Positions 38,862-48,408 of a stretch of DNA of 64,000 nucleotides are shown here, piece after piece. The notes beneath the pieces are model-generated. The model was not told where the DNA came from and made no database searches. It saw nothing but the letters and a program-made list of their open reading frames with translations. The stretch lies in assembly GCA_965213925.1 (NCBI GenBank), contig OZ243927.1, positions 4,384,001 to 4,448,000 on the forward strand. Direction: 5' to 3'. Position 1 is the stretch's first letter. Each line of letters begins with the position of its first letter. Origin of the DNA: Trueperaceae bacterium (GTDB lineage Bacteria; Deinococcota; Deinococci; Deinococcales; Trueperaceae). A program made the position numbers and the translations under genes.

Positions 38862-39384
38862 GCTTAGGGCGCATTATCTTAGGGACGTTCAGCGCCATTT
38901 CCAAAGCCTCAAAACCCTCGCTGACGACGCAATCGCTCAAGCAGAGAGCGACTTCTTCACGGTTTTAGGAAGCGAAGACAACAGCGTCGCGGTCATCGTC
39001 AAGCATGTGAGCGGCAATATGACCTCTCGGTGGCGCGGCTTTTTAACGAATGACGGTGAAAAGGCGGAGCGCGATAGAGACCGCGAGTTTATTGTTCAAG
39101 AATCCAAAGAGGTGTTATTAGAAGCGTGGGAAAGGGGATGGGTGACGCTGTTTGAGGCGTTGGAAGAATTGGAACCTCAGCACCTCTTGCAGCATGTCAC
39201 CATTCGCGGCGAAGCGCACACGGTTTTAGAAGCCATCAACCGTCAGCTCAGCCACTATGCCTACCACGTGGGGCAAATCGTTTTTCTAGCAAAGCATTTC
39301 TGCGGCGAGGCGTGGCGCTCGTTAAGCATTCCGAAAGGAGAATCGGCGGCGTTCAACCGAACCTTCACGAAGGGTCAACCTTAG
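38854..39384 (+). CDS. DUF1572/DinB-like protein
   Basis: NSVAVIVKH, DGEKAERDRDREF, HYAYHVGQIV. Confidence 0.85.
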   Translation: MDELRAHYLRDVQRHFQSLKTLADDAIAQAESDFFTVLGSEDNSVAVIVKHVSGNMTSRWRGFLTNDGEKAERDRDREFIVQESKEVLLEAWERGWVTLFEALEELEPQHLLQHVTIRGEAHTVLEAINRQLSHYAYHVGQIVFLAKHFCGEAWRSLSIPKGESAAFNRTFTKGQP

Positions 39385-39713
39385 TTGCGCTGCCCCTCCA
39401 AGTACCCCACAAACGCCAACACCGCCCGCCACTCCTCCTCACTCAACCTCTTGCCTACGAGTTCTTTAGGGATATGCGGATAAGGTGACGGCGAAGGCAT
39501 GAGGTAATCCGCGAGTTCCATCAAACGCGAATAAGATACGCCGAGCACGTCTGCCAAACGTTTTAGCACGCGCGGTGAAGGGCTATTGACACCGCCCCGC
39601 TCGAGCTTCTGCAAATACGTCAGCGAAATCTTGGCGGGCTCCGCAACCTCTTGGAGCGTCAAGTCTTTTTCTTTTCTCGCGGCGCGTAGTTCATGACCGA
39701 GTTCTCTGAGCAT
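39381..39713 (-). CDS. XRE-family HTH transcriptional regulator
   Basis: LRAARKEKDLTLQEVA...ISLTYLQKLERG...PSPRVL. Confidence 0.9.
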   Translation of the reverse strand: MLRELGHELRAARKEKDLTLQEVAEPAKISLTYLQKLERGGVNSPSPRVLKRLADVLGVSYSRLMELADYLMPSPSPYPHIPKELVGKRLSEEEWRAVLAFVGYLEGQRN

Positions 39714-39732
39714 TTGACAAATTCACCTCTTC

Positions 39733-39773
39733 ACTCTAGTATAACTTTAGTTTAACAAATTTACTATAGTTTA
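39733..39773. promoter_or_regulatory. Three 11-bp repeats ACTHTAGTWTA in the divergent promoter region (putative XRE operators)
   Basis: ACTCTAGTATA (39733), ACTTTAGTTTA (39744), ACTATAGTTTA (39763); TTGACA at 39715. Confidence 0.55.
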
Positions 39774-39786
39774 GAAAGAGGTCAAG

Positions 39787-41022
39787 ATGGTGAGGTTCGA
39801 AAATCTTCCGCGAGACGCCAGGGTAGACGCACCGCTTTGGGGTCAACTCACTGGATTGCCGCCTAGCTCTCCCGCTCGGATTGAAGCGGCGATGCGAGAC
39901 GATGTCGGGCAAGCGTGGCGGAGTCGTGCGCTCTATGAAGCGTCCTCGGAAGGAACCGTAGACCTCGCCGCCGCCCAACCTCTTGAAGCGGCGTGGTCGG
40001 GCTCGGATGCGTATAGGCTGTACTGGTCTATGCAGCTTGTAGAGGAGCCGGTGTCGCCCTTTTCGGCGTATCCGGGAAGCGTATTTCAGGAGAGGCTCGA
40101 GGTCGTCTTTACTGCCAGTATAGACGGCAAAGAGGTCGCTGAGGCGTGCGTCAAGCGTCACTTTCCCTTTCGCTGCATCCAGGAAACATGGCGGGGTGAC
40201 ACCACCGCGAACCTCTTCTTACCCGTCTACCCTAACGCCACTCAAGGCGTGCTCGTCATTGGCGGTTCAGCGGGTGGCTTCGCCTGGTCGAATCAGGTGG
40301 CGTCCCTCATCGCCGCGTCGGGGCGCTCGGCGTTGGCAGTGGCTTACTTCGACTGGCGAGGAGAATACGGCTTGCCGACAAGCCTGATGGAGATTCCCTT
40401 GGAGGTGTTCACTCGTGCGCTAGATAGGCTGAAGGCGCATCCCCAGGTTCTCACCGATGACCTCTCCGTCGTCGGCTTCTCCAAGGGAACGGAAGCCGCG
40501 CTCTTACTCGCGACGAAGCGAGATGACGTCCGCAAAGTCGCCCTTTATTCACCGAGCGCTTATGTGTGGGAGGCAGCGCGCCTAAGTAGAGACGAGGAGG
40601 CGAAGTCGTCGTGGACGTGGCGGGGCGAGCCGCTACCCTTTGCACGGTTTGACGCGGACGAAGACTTTTATAGAACGTTCGACAAAACGAAGCTTAGAGC
40701 GTTTCATGAACGTGCTTTGGAAGGTGAAGGGGTCAGGCAGCGAGCGCGTATTCCTGTCGAGCGAACCGACGCACAAATCCTACTGCTTTCAGGTACGGAG
40801 GACGGGACGTGGCACGCAGGACCTATGTCTAGAACTATCGTCAAGAGGTTCGAAGAGGTCGGTAGAGTCTCGAAGGTAAAACACCTCGCTTATGAAAATG
40901 TGGGTCACTCGTTTCTAGTACCGGGACTTCCTGCCAATCACGTAGATGGACAGTGGAGAGCCAACGCGCAAGCAGACAAAAAAGCGTGGGGCGCGTTGCG
41001 CAGACATCTTTGTCTCTTTTGA
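39787..41022 (+). CDS. Acyl-CoA thioesterase/BAAT-family alpha/beta hydrolase
   Basis: GFSKG nucleophile motif, IPVER, SGTED, YENVGH. Confidence 0.85.
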   Translation: MVRFENLPRDARVDAPLWGQLTGLPPSSPARIEAAMRDDVGQAWRSRALYEASSEGTVDLAAAQPLEAAWSGSDAYRLYWSMQLVEEPVSPFSAYPGSVFQERLEVVFTASIDGKEVAEACVKRHFPFRCIQETWRGDTTANLFLPVYPNATQGVLVIGGSAGGFAWSNQVASLIAASGRSALAVAYFDWRGEYGLPTSLMEIPLEVFTRALDRLKAHPQVLTDDLSVVGFSKGTEAALLLATKRDDVRKVALYSPSAYVWEAARLSRDEEAKSSWTWRGEPLPFARFDADEDFYRTFDKTKLRAFHERALEGEGVRQRARIPVERTDAQILLLSGTEDGTWHAGPMSRTIVKRFEEVGRVSKVKHLAYENVGHSFLVPGLPANHVDGQWRANAQADKKAWGALRRHLCLF

Positions 41023-41149
41023 ACCGCTACTAAGGCAACTCCGAACCCCTTAGCGAGAGATACCAGTCTTCCCTAACAGGTCGGTAGAGAGGTATTTTTA
41101 CTAAACTTCACCCTTCGGCACGTTTTCGAGACCTGCTATACTCTCCTCT

Positions 41150-41743
41150 ATGAAGTTAAGCCCTTTGGACATCCAGCATCAAGAGTTCGACTCGGCGGTG
41201 AGCGGTTACAAGAAGAAACAGGTGCGCGAATTTTTAGAGCGCGTCGCGGACACCTTCGAAGACCTTTTGCGCGACAACCAAAACCTGCGCGACGAGCTGA
41301 GCGAGCAGCGTGAAAAAAACGAGGAGCTGCAAGTCGGCGAGCTGGAGTTGCGCCGCGCGGTGGTTTCGGCAGAGCGCATCGGCAACGAGATGAAAGAGCG
41401 GGCGCAGAAAGAGGCGACGCTTATCGTGCAGGAGGCGAAAACGGAGCGCGGCACCATCTTACAAGACGCCGAGGCGCAGCTCAAAGAGGCGAGGGCCGAA
41501 CTGAGGCGCACCGAGCGCGAGCACGGGCTCTTCCGCGAGCAGTTCCGGGGGATGCTCCGCGCGTACGAAAGGAGCCTCGACAACCAGCCGGAACCGAGCG
41601 GAGCTAGGGGCGAACAGCGCGAACAAGAGGTCGAGCAGCCCCAAGAGGTAGTGCAAGATACCGTGCACGGTGCTACGCAGAACGCGAGAGAACCCGACCG
41701 AAGAGTCTCCGGGGCGTCCGTTATCCTCGAGCCTGACGACTAA
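41150..41743 (+). CDS. divIVA: DivIVA-domain protein
   Basis: LSPLDIQHQEF...GYKKKQVREFL followed by coiled coil. Confidence 0.9.
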   Translation: MKLSPLDIQHQEFDSAVSGYKKKQVREFLERVADTFEDLLRDNQNLRDELSEQREKNEELQVGELELRRAVVSAERIGNEMKERAQKEATLIVQEAKTERGTILQDAEAQLKEARAELRRTEREHGLFREQFRGMLRAYERSLDNQPEPSGARGEQREQEVEQPQEVVQDTVHGATQNAREPDRRVSGASVILEPDD

Positions 41744-41824
41744 TATAGCTTCCGGTTAGTTCCTGTAGGATTGATCGGAAGCCATACTACTCGGTGTGCG
41801 TCAGCAGCTCCGGGTACTGAAAGG

Positions 41825-43447
41825 CTAAAAGAGCGAGTTTAGCACGCCGCTAGCACTCACTAACAGCCCTACATTAAAGGTGAGCTGCGCGAGCAGCGGG
41901 GTGAAGCCGCTCTTGGTGCGCCAGTAGACGACCCCCAAAACCACGCCGATGATAAAGAGGAGCAGCAGCGGCGTGCCGAGCACGAGCGCGTAGAGGACGC
42001 TCGAGATAGCCACTCCGTAGAAGGGCGTGTAGCGGCGCTCGAGCGAGGGAATCGCGAAGGCGCGAAAGAAGAGTTCGGCGAAGGGCAGCGCGAGCACCGC
42101 GATAAAGGCGGGCATGAGGGGCACGTTCGCCGGGTAGAGCCCGGTCCAGGCGGTCGCCGAGGCGACCGCCTGAAACCCGAAAGTCCCCGCCAGGAGAACG
42201 CCGCCCAAACCTATCCCTAGTAACGCCTGCGAGGGCGAGCCGAGAAGCGTCTTGACGGGTTGCCAGCCGTTCGCCGAGACGCGCCAGATGGAGAGCCCCG
42301 CCAGGAAGAGGGCGAGCACCGTCAGGAAGACCGCGCGCATCTCGGCGCTCTGAAAAGGCGTCAAGAGGGCGATGAAGTTGTGGTAGCGGACGTAGCCGTA
42401 GATGACCGCCGCGCCGAGCGCCCCGAGGAGGGCGATGAAGAGCACGCGGTAGACCTGCCCGACCGTCCAGGGCTCCGGATGCTGGGTCGGCTCTAAGCTC
42501 GAGGTCTGTTCGACGCGGCTTTCGCCCATGAGGTGGAGCGCCAACAGGACGACGAACCCGACCAGCCAGAGCATACTCTGCTCTAGGAGTAGCTCGCGCA
42601 GCCCGCCGCGCCGCAGGGCGGTCTTGAGGGCGAGTTCTCCGCGCTGCAGGTCGCCTTGACCGTAGTAGATGAGCACGAGGTTGCGCAGGTCGCGCCCCGA
42701 GGCGGCGCTGTCCATAAAGCCACGCGCGGTCACAGCCGCCTCGAGGTTATCTGCTGCAGCTGCTAAGTCGCCTTGGCTCCACTGCGCCTGGGCTAAGAGC
42801 GAGAGCAGGTCGGGGCTGCGCGTAGACGCACCTTCTAAGGTCGTCACGGCTGCGGCCGCGTCGCCGCGCGCCAGCTGCAAACGCGCCAGCGCAAGGCGGT
42901 AAGCGGCACTTTGCGGTTTCGCCTCGGCCGCCCGCTCGAAATGGATGAGCGCTTCGGCGGATCGCCGCTGCGCCTGCGCCAGTTGCCCGCTGAGAAAGTG
43001 CTGCTGCCCCTCTAAGCGCCCTCCGGTCTGGGTTTGCGCGCTGCGTTCCGCCGTTCGGAGGTGGGACGCCGCCCTCTCTAAATCGCCTCCTTTAAGCGCA
43101 ATCTCAGCTAAGAGCAGAGACGCTTCCGCGTTCTGAGGCAGCGCCAAAAGGCGCGTCTTCGCCTCACCGAGCTTGCCGAGACCGAGTTCGGTGCGGGCGA
43201 GCGCCACCGTCGCCGCGCTGAAATCGGGGCGTATCTGGAGGGCGTTGAGACAGCTCTGACGCGCCGTCTCCAGGTCGCCGCTCGCTTCGAAGCGCAGACA
43301 CTGCTGATAGTAAGCGTTCGCGTTAAAGCCACTTTGCGCGGCGCTAAGTTGGAGCGATAAAAGTAGGACGAGCGCACCCATGAGTCCGTGGATACGTCTT
43401 CGTCCCCCGAGATGAGACGTGAAAGGGGCAGGTGCAAACCGAGACAT
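41825..43447 (-). CDS. TPR-repeat protein fused to a CPBP/Abi-like membrane domain (degenerate active site)
   Basis: Signal-like N-terminus, TPR helices, multi-TM C-terminus with AELFFR. Confidence 0.75.
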   Translation of the reverse strand: MSRFAPAPFTSHLGGRRRIHGLMGALVLLLSLQLSAAQSGFNANAYYQQCLRFEASGDLETARQSCLNALQIRPDFSAATVALARTELGLGKLGEAKTRLLALPQNAEASLLLAEIALKGGDLERAASHLRTAERSAQTQTGGRLEGQQHFLSGQLAQAQRRSAEALIHFERAAEAKPQSAAYRLALARLQLARGDAAAAVTTLEGASTRSPDLLSLLAQAQWSQGDLAAAADNLEAAVTARGFMDSAASGRDLRNLVLIYYGQGDLQRGELALKTALRRGGLRELLLEQSMLWLVGFVVLLALHLMGESRVEQTSSLEPTQHPEPWTVGQVYRVLFIALLGALGAAVIYGYVRYHNFIALLTPFQSAEMRAVFLTVLALFLAGLSIWRVSANGWQPVKTLLGSPSQALLGIGLGGVLLAGTFGFQAVASATAWTGLYPANVPLMPAFIAVLALPFAELFFRAFAIPSLERRYTPFYGVAISSVLYALVLGTPLLLLFIIGVVLGVVYWRTKSGFTPLLAQLTFNVGLLVSASGVLNSLF

Positions 43448-43574
43448 GGGTTTATCCTAGAGCACGTTTCGGTAACGAGGAGATGCATTTTGCCTCAATT
43501 CGCGCCCTAAGAGCACCTCCCCCGCCAAGCTAGACCTCTTGAGTCTGACCCAACAGTGACTTCAATACTACAGC

Positions 43575-43741
43575 AGTTCCGCGACATGCCGAGAGGGATG
43601 AGCGCAGATTTCACAGCTTGCTGTAACAGAACCTCATCCCCGAATGTGCGTGCTAGACTTTGTTTCGTCTCACTACGCAAGCCTACGGAACAGTGAGAGT
43701 GTAACTGACCAGATGAAAGTGCCCCGAATGGGTATACCTGC
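43575..43741 (-). repeat. Dispersed MITE-like element, copy E4, with several nested modules
   Basis: Minus strand GCAGGTAT...CATCTGGTCA...CTCAC...GCACGCAC...GATGAGGTTCTGTTACAGCAAGCTGTGAAATCTGCG; last 36 nt 35/36 identical to 12458-12493. Confidence 0.75.
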
Positions 43742-44168
43742 TATTACTTGCTCAGTCGCGCCTCGCGGCGTCCGGTAGCTGAGCACGGCTCGCTCTGCTC
43801 GCAAAGTTACGGCGCTCATCTGACGCTTGAGGACAGCACTTCCTAAGCAAAACGCGCACGAATGTGCCCTAAGTTGTATATAATTTCGGTTAAGACGGAC
43901 GTAAAGCAAAGGTCGTAGGCGGTGTCCTTAACCCTGGAGCGTTTCCCCGAAGCGCAGACTGGCGTTTAATTTATCACCTGACCCCGGCGCTGCGCCGACT
44001 ATACTTACTAAGGAGAGTTGTAGCGACCACGTCGGAGTAACCATACTAAGAGGATGAAGGTTTCTTTAGGGAATCACAGATTATTTTACTAAACTCCCTG
44101 CTACCATAAGCTCATGATGGTTATACCTTCTCTATTCGCTTTTCCACCTCTCCCCCGAAGGGCACACT

Positions 44169-44609
44169 GTGACTGAAATCTTTTTGTGGTTCTGCCTGAG
44201 TCAGACCTTAGCGAGCCTCCCCGCGATGACCCCCGGCACCGAGGTCAAGCTCGTCCATCCCGACCTCGTTCCCGTCTTCGATACGGCGGTAGTCGAGGAC
44301 GGTCAGCTCGCCTTTTCGGAGCGGCTCGAGCCCGGCACCGAACTTAGGATGCTTTTTTTAGCGCCCGACGCCGACGAGAAGCAGAGCGTCGCCTCCATGA
44401 GCGACGCCCCTTTCGGCCGCATCAGCTCACGCGGCAGCGACATCTTGGTCGAGTTTGAAGGTTACGAAGCGCCCGTTTCGTTTCAGCGCTGGCTGGGCGA
44501 AGAGCGCGACATCGAGCTTATCTTACCCGAGCCGGAGGGCAGCGGGGACGACAATTCCCAGGACCAGCAGCGGTCTGAAGATGAAGCAGGTGACGAAAAT
44601 GAAAGATAA
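44169..44609 (+). CDS. Hypothetical, probably exported protein leading the two-component operon
   Basis: Host-like codons; overlaps the response-regulator start. Confidence 0.65.
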   Translation: MTEIFLWFCLSQTLASLPAMTPGTEVKLVHPDLVPVFDTAVVEDGQLAFSERLEPGTELRMLFLAPDADEKQSVASMSDAPFGRISSRGSDILVEFEGYEAPVSFQRWLGEERDIELILPEPEGSGDDNSQDQQRSEDEAGDENER

Positions 44610-45267
44610 ACATATCCTTATCGTTGAAGACGACCTAGACATTAGCCGCTTACTCAGCTTAGAGCTTGAAGAAGCCGGGTTCTCGGTGAGCGCTTGTGAC
44701 ACTGGGATGCGCGGTCTCGCCGCCGTGCGCGAAGGCGACCCCGACCTCATCGTCCTGGACTTGGGTCTGCCCGACCTAAACGGCGCGGAGATCGCGCGGC
44801 GCGTGCGCAAAACGAGCGAGACGCCTATCATCATCTTGACCGCCGCCGACGACGTCGAGACGAAGGTTGACCTCTTGAATTCGGGCGCGGACGACTATCT
44901 CGCCAAGCCCTTTCACGCCGAAGAACTCATCGCCAGGGTACGCGTGCAACTGCGTCACCGCAGCGCGGGCGCGGCGCAAACGATCGGTGACATGGTCCTA
45001 GACCCGGCGCGGCGGCAGCTCTTCTGGGACGACCAAGAGGTGCGCCTCTCCCCGCGCGAGTTCGACTTGCTCGTCTATTTGTGCAACGCGCCGGGGCGCG
45101 TCTACAGCCGCCACGAGATCGAGCACAATGTCTGGGGTGAGGATTTGCCGCCCTCGAGCAACGTCGTAGACGTACATATCGCCAACATCCGCTCTAAGCT
45201 GCGCGACGCGGGCGGCTACGGTCTCATTCGCACGGTGCGCGGCATCGGTTACGCGATCAAAAGCTAA
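44599..45267 (+). CDS. drRRA: OmpR/PhoB-family response regulator, DrRRA-like
   Basis: VEDD, LDLGLPD, KPFH, SNVVDVHIANIRSKLRDAGGYGLIRTVRG; resembles Deinococcus DrRRA as I recall it. Confidence 0.8.
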   Translation: MKDKHILIVEDDLDISRLLSLELEEAGFSVSACDTGMRGLAAVREGDPDLIVLDLGLPDLNGAEIARRVRKTSETPIIILTAADDVETKVDLLNSGADDYLAKPFHAEELIARVRVQLRHRSAGAAQTIGDMVLDPARRQLFWDDQEVRLSPREFDLLVYLCNAPGRVYSRHEIEHNVWGEDLPPSSNVVDVHIANIRSKLRDAGGYGLIRTVRGIGYAIKS

Positions 45268-45403
45268 AGCGTAACGAAGAAAGAGGGGGTGTTGAGGTAT
45301 TCTAGCGTGTGTTCGCTTCGCCCAATGCCCCTCTCAGCGCCGCACGGCATACTGAGCGCGTGTACCTTGTGAAACGCTCATTCCGCCACTCAAGGGGTAC
45401 GCG

Positions 45404-46804
45404 GTGATCGTACGAGGCGGCATCCCGCTCCGGTGGCGCATCGCCATCTTGAGCAGCCTGGCGGTGGCGCTGCTCAGCGTTATCGCCGCGCTCATCGCCT
45501 TCGCTGTGGTGCGCTCCTCGCTCACGGGCGACCTGCAGCGCTCACTGCGCGAAGACGTGGTTAGGGTCGCTCGAGACTACGGCGGCGGGGACGAGCTAGA
45601 AACACCAGAAACAACCGGTAGTGAAGCGGAAGCGGAGACCGATACGGCGCTTCAGCTTCCTCCCTCCGGTCCGACGGGCGGCGTCACGATTCAGCTCTAT
45701 AACTTCGAGGGCACGTTCATCGCCGCTTCTGACGACGACGTTCAAGACTACGGAGTCGGAGACAATTTGGAAATCCCTCAAGAGGTCGTCGCGTCCGTGG
45801 ACGAAGGCATCCTCGACTGGCGCGGCACCCTAAACGGCAGACCCGTCCGCGCCGCGCTGACGCCCGTGAGCTTCGGTGTGGTCGCGGTCATTTCGCCTTC
45901 GACCTATATCGGCACGGCGCTCAACCAGTTGGCGAGGGCCTTAGCGATCACCGGCACCGCGCTTATTTTGCTCAGCAGTTTAATTGGCTACTTGGTGGCG
46001 GCGGCGGCGATGCGCCCGATTACGCAACTCGCTAACCTCGCCGCGCAGCTCGACCCCAACCACCTAGCCCCCATCGACTACCGCGGACCTAAAGACGAAG
46101 TCGGACAGCTCAACTACGTTCTCAACGACCTCATCTTGCGTCTCCGGGCGTCGATGGACGCGCAGCGGAGCTTTCTGGCGGAGACGAGCCACGAACTCCG
46201 CACGCCGCTGACCAGCTTGCAAGGCTTTTTAGACCGCGCCGTGCGGCGCGCGCCGCCCGAGGTAAGAAACGACCTGGAGGACGTGCGGCGCATTGCCAGG
46301 ACGATGTCGCGCCTCGTCGCCGATATTTTGCAGCTTTCGCGCGGTCAACTCGTCCGCGAATACGTGCCGCACCTACTCGACCCCTACCACGACATCTTAC
46401 AACCCGTCGCCGAAGAGTTCCCCGGCACGCGCCTAGACGCGAGCCCCGGTCAGCTCCTGCTCGGCGACCCCGAGCGTTTGCGCCAACTCATCCGCAACCT
46501 CACCGCCAACGCCGTGCGCGCGACGGGCAGCCCGGAAAAGGTCGTTCTAGCGCTCTCTCAATCCGAAGGCGCACTTGTATTAAGCGTCTACGACAGCGGA
46601 CCCGGCATTCCGCCTGATATCTTGCCGCATATCTTCGACAAGTTCTATAAAGGCGCGGGCGGCGGCGCGGGGCTCGGGCTCGCGATCGCCAGACAGATCG
46701 CCGAAGTGCATCAGGGCGACATCGAGGTCGACAGCGTCTACGGTCAGGGTACAACCTTCCGCGTGACGCTGCCGACGTTTGCCGACGCGGTGGTAGACGA
46801 ATAG
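45404..46804 (+). CDS. HAMP-domain sensor histidine kinase
   Basis: Two TM, SHELRTPL, NLTANA, DSGPG, GLGLAI. Confidence 0.94.
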   Translation: MIVRGGIPLRWRIAILSSLAVALLSVIAALIAFAVVRSSLTGDLQRSLREDVVRVARDYGGGDELETPETTGSEAEAETDTALQLPPSGPTGGVTIQLYNFEGTFIAASDDDVQDYGVGDNLEIPQEVVASVDEGILDWRGTLNGRPVRAALTPVSFGVVAVISPSTYIGTALNQLARALAITGTALILLSSLIGYLVAAAAMRPITQLANLAAQLDPNHLAPIDYRGPKDEVGQLNYVLNDLILRLRASMDAQRSFLAETSHELRTPLTSLQGFLDRAVRRAPPEVRNDLEDVRRIARTMSRLVADILQLSRGQLVREYVPHLLDPYHDILQPVAEEFPGTRLDASPGQLLLGDPERLRQLIRNLTANAVRATGSPEKVVLALSQSEGALVLSVYDSGPGIPPDILPHIFDKFYKGAGGGAGLGLAIARQIAEVHQGDIEVDSVYGQGTTFRVTLPTFADAVVDE

Positions 46805-46806
46805 GG

Positions 46807-47442
46807 CTAAGGCGTCTGAATCAGGCTCATCCTGAGCCCGTCTACGATGAACTGCACCGCGAGCGCCGCAAGTAACACGCCCAGCACGCGGCTCACCACC
46901 CCCGAGCCCGTCACGCCGATGAGCTTCATCAGACGCCCCGCCATGAGGAGCGACAGCAAGGCGAGTAGCAGCACCGCGATGAGCACACCCAAAAGCGAAA
47001 ACGTCACCCAGATGTCGGGGCTGCGCCCGTTGAGCAGGAGCATCGTCGTGATCGCGCCCGGCCCGCCGATGAGGGGGATGGCGAGCGGAAATACCGAGAT
47101 GTCTTGACGCTGCGCCGCTTCCGCTTGCTCACGCACCGTGGTCGAGCGCAAGCCCGAGTCGCGCACGAGCACCATGTCAATCGCGAGCAAAAAGAGGAGC
47201 ACCCCGCCGGCGACGCGAAACGCCGACAAACTGATGCCCAAAACGCTGAGGAGCGGATTGCCGATAAAGGTAAAGATCACGAGGATAACAGCGGCGATGC
47301 TCACGCCCCGAAAGGCGATACGCCGCCTTTCCGCCTCCGTTTCTTTTTGCGTGAGCGCCCCGAAGATGGGCGCGAGGCTTATAGGGTCAACGACGACGAT
47401 AAGCGTCACGAAGGCGTTGAGAAGAAGGTCTAAGGTGTTCAT
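46807..47442 (-). CDS. marC: MarC-family membrane protein
   Basis: VVDP, FRVAGG, PLAIPLIGGPG, LAALAVQF. Confidence 0.92.
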   Translation of the reverse strand: MNTLDLLLNAFVTLIVVVDPISLAPIFGALTQKETEAERRRIAFRGVSIAAVILVIFTFIGNPLLSVLGISLSAFRVAGGVLLFLLAIDMVLVRDSGLRSTTVREQAEAAQRQDISVFPLAIPLIGGPGAITTMLLLNGRSPDIWVTFSLLGVLIAVLLLALLSLLMAGRLMKLIGVTGSGVVSRVLGVLLAALAVQFIVDGLRMSLIQTP

Positions 47443-47714
47443 GTGAGGTCATGTCCCCCGAAGAGAGGTGAGGGGTTACTGGGCGCGGACGAGATACGCT
47501 AGTGTGCGAGGAGATCAAGGACGCTCGAGCACTCGCGTCCCCGCAAAGCCTCAATTTCGCTCGCCCCGCCAGCCGTAAGCCACTATTAAGCACACTAAAA
47601 CGCCACCCGCCGTCACCATAAAGGGTGAATTGCATAAAAAGTGCAGTCGACCTTTCAGTCTCGAGCAGCGCTCCGCGGACCCCACCTCGAGCTAACGTCC
47701 TACACGATTACCTT

Positions 47715-48173
47715 TTACTCCAAAAAGTCCTCGAAGTCTGAAAGTATCGTTTCGGCGTCGGCGCTGCTCCTCGCGATGACCATAATCGTATTTTGCCCCG
47801 CCAACGTGCCGACGACCTCTTCGCGCTCGAGCTTGTCGATCACGTAAGCGATGCCCGAAGCGTGCCCCTCGTCCGTGTTGACGACGATGATATTCTCCCC
47901 CCTGTCGATGTCGCGCACAAATAATCTAAAGCGTTGCGTCAACTCGCCGACCACGTCCTCTTGGGCCGCTAAAGGCGTCGAGCGGTAGCGGTGCTGACCG
48001 TTACCCGCGGGCAGCCGCACCAACCTCAGCTCGTTGACGTCGCGGCTCACGGTCGCTTGCGTCACCTTCACGCCGCGGCTGGCTAGGTGCTCGGCAATCT
48101 CGGACTGCGTCGCGATGAATTCGTTCTCGACGAGTTCTTCGATCAAACGTTGTCTATACTCTTTGCTCGGCAT
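47715..48173 (-). CDS. argR: Arginine repressor
   Basis: TQATVSRD, GTLAGQNT. Confidence 0.93.
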   Translation of the reverse strand: MPSKEYRQRLIEELVENEFIATQSEIAEHLASRGVKVTQATVSRDVNELRLVRLPAGNGQHRYRSTPLAAQEDVVGELTQRFRLFVRDIDRGENIIVVNTDEGHASGIAYVIDKLEREEVVGTLAGQNTIMVIARSSADAETILSDFEDFLE

Positions 48174-48184
48174 ATTTATTCATT
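48167..48184 (-). promoter_or_regulatory. ARG box overlapping the argR -10 region and start codon
   Basis: Minus strand AATGAATAAATATGCCGA vs TGMAT-W4-ATKCA consensus; overlaps TATAAT. Confidence 0.55.
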
Positions 48185-48408
48185 ATACACGAATTTCGCG
48201 TTGTATACATTGGTCAGCTGCAGGACATTACAAAGGGTCAGCCGAGCAAACGTAGAGTGGGCTTGTCCTCCGAGCAGTCCGAGACTTTAAGCTAAGAGAG
48301 GACACATCCACCTCCCGCAGCCAGTCTACTTCGTCGGCTTGCGCGGTACAAAAGGTGCAGCCGCTTACGCACTAAAATGCAGCACGTGCACACCGAAAGG
48401 AGACCAGA

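Noticed and set aside
43673..43909. 78-aa minus-strand ORF
   Set aside because: Overlaps repeat E4; no coding signal
47631..47645. TGCATAAAAAGTGCA as an ARG box upstream of marC
   Set aside because: Half-sites are 5 nt apart rather than the 4 nt of ARG boxes
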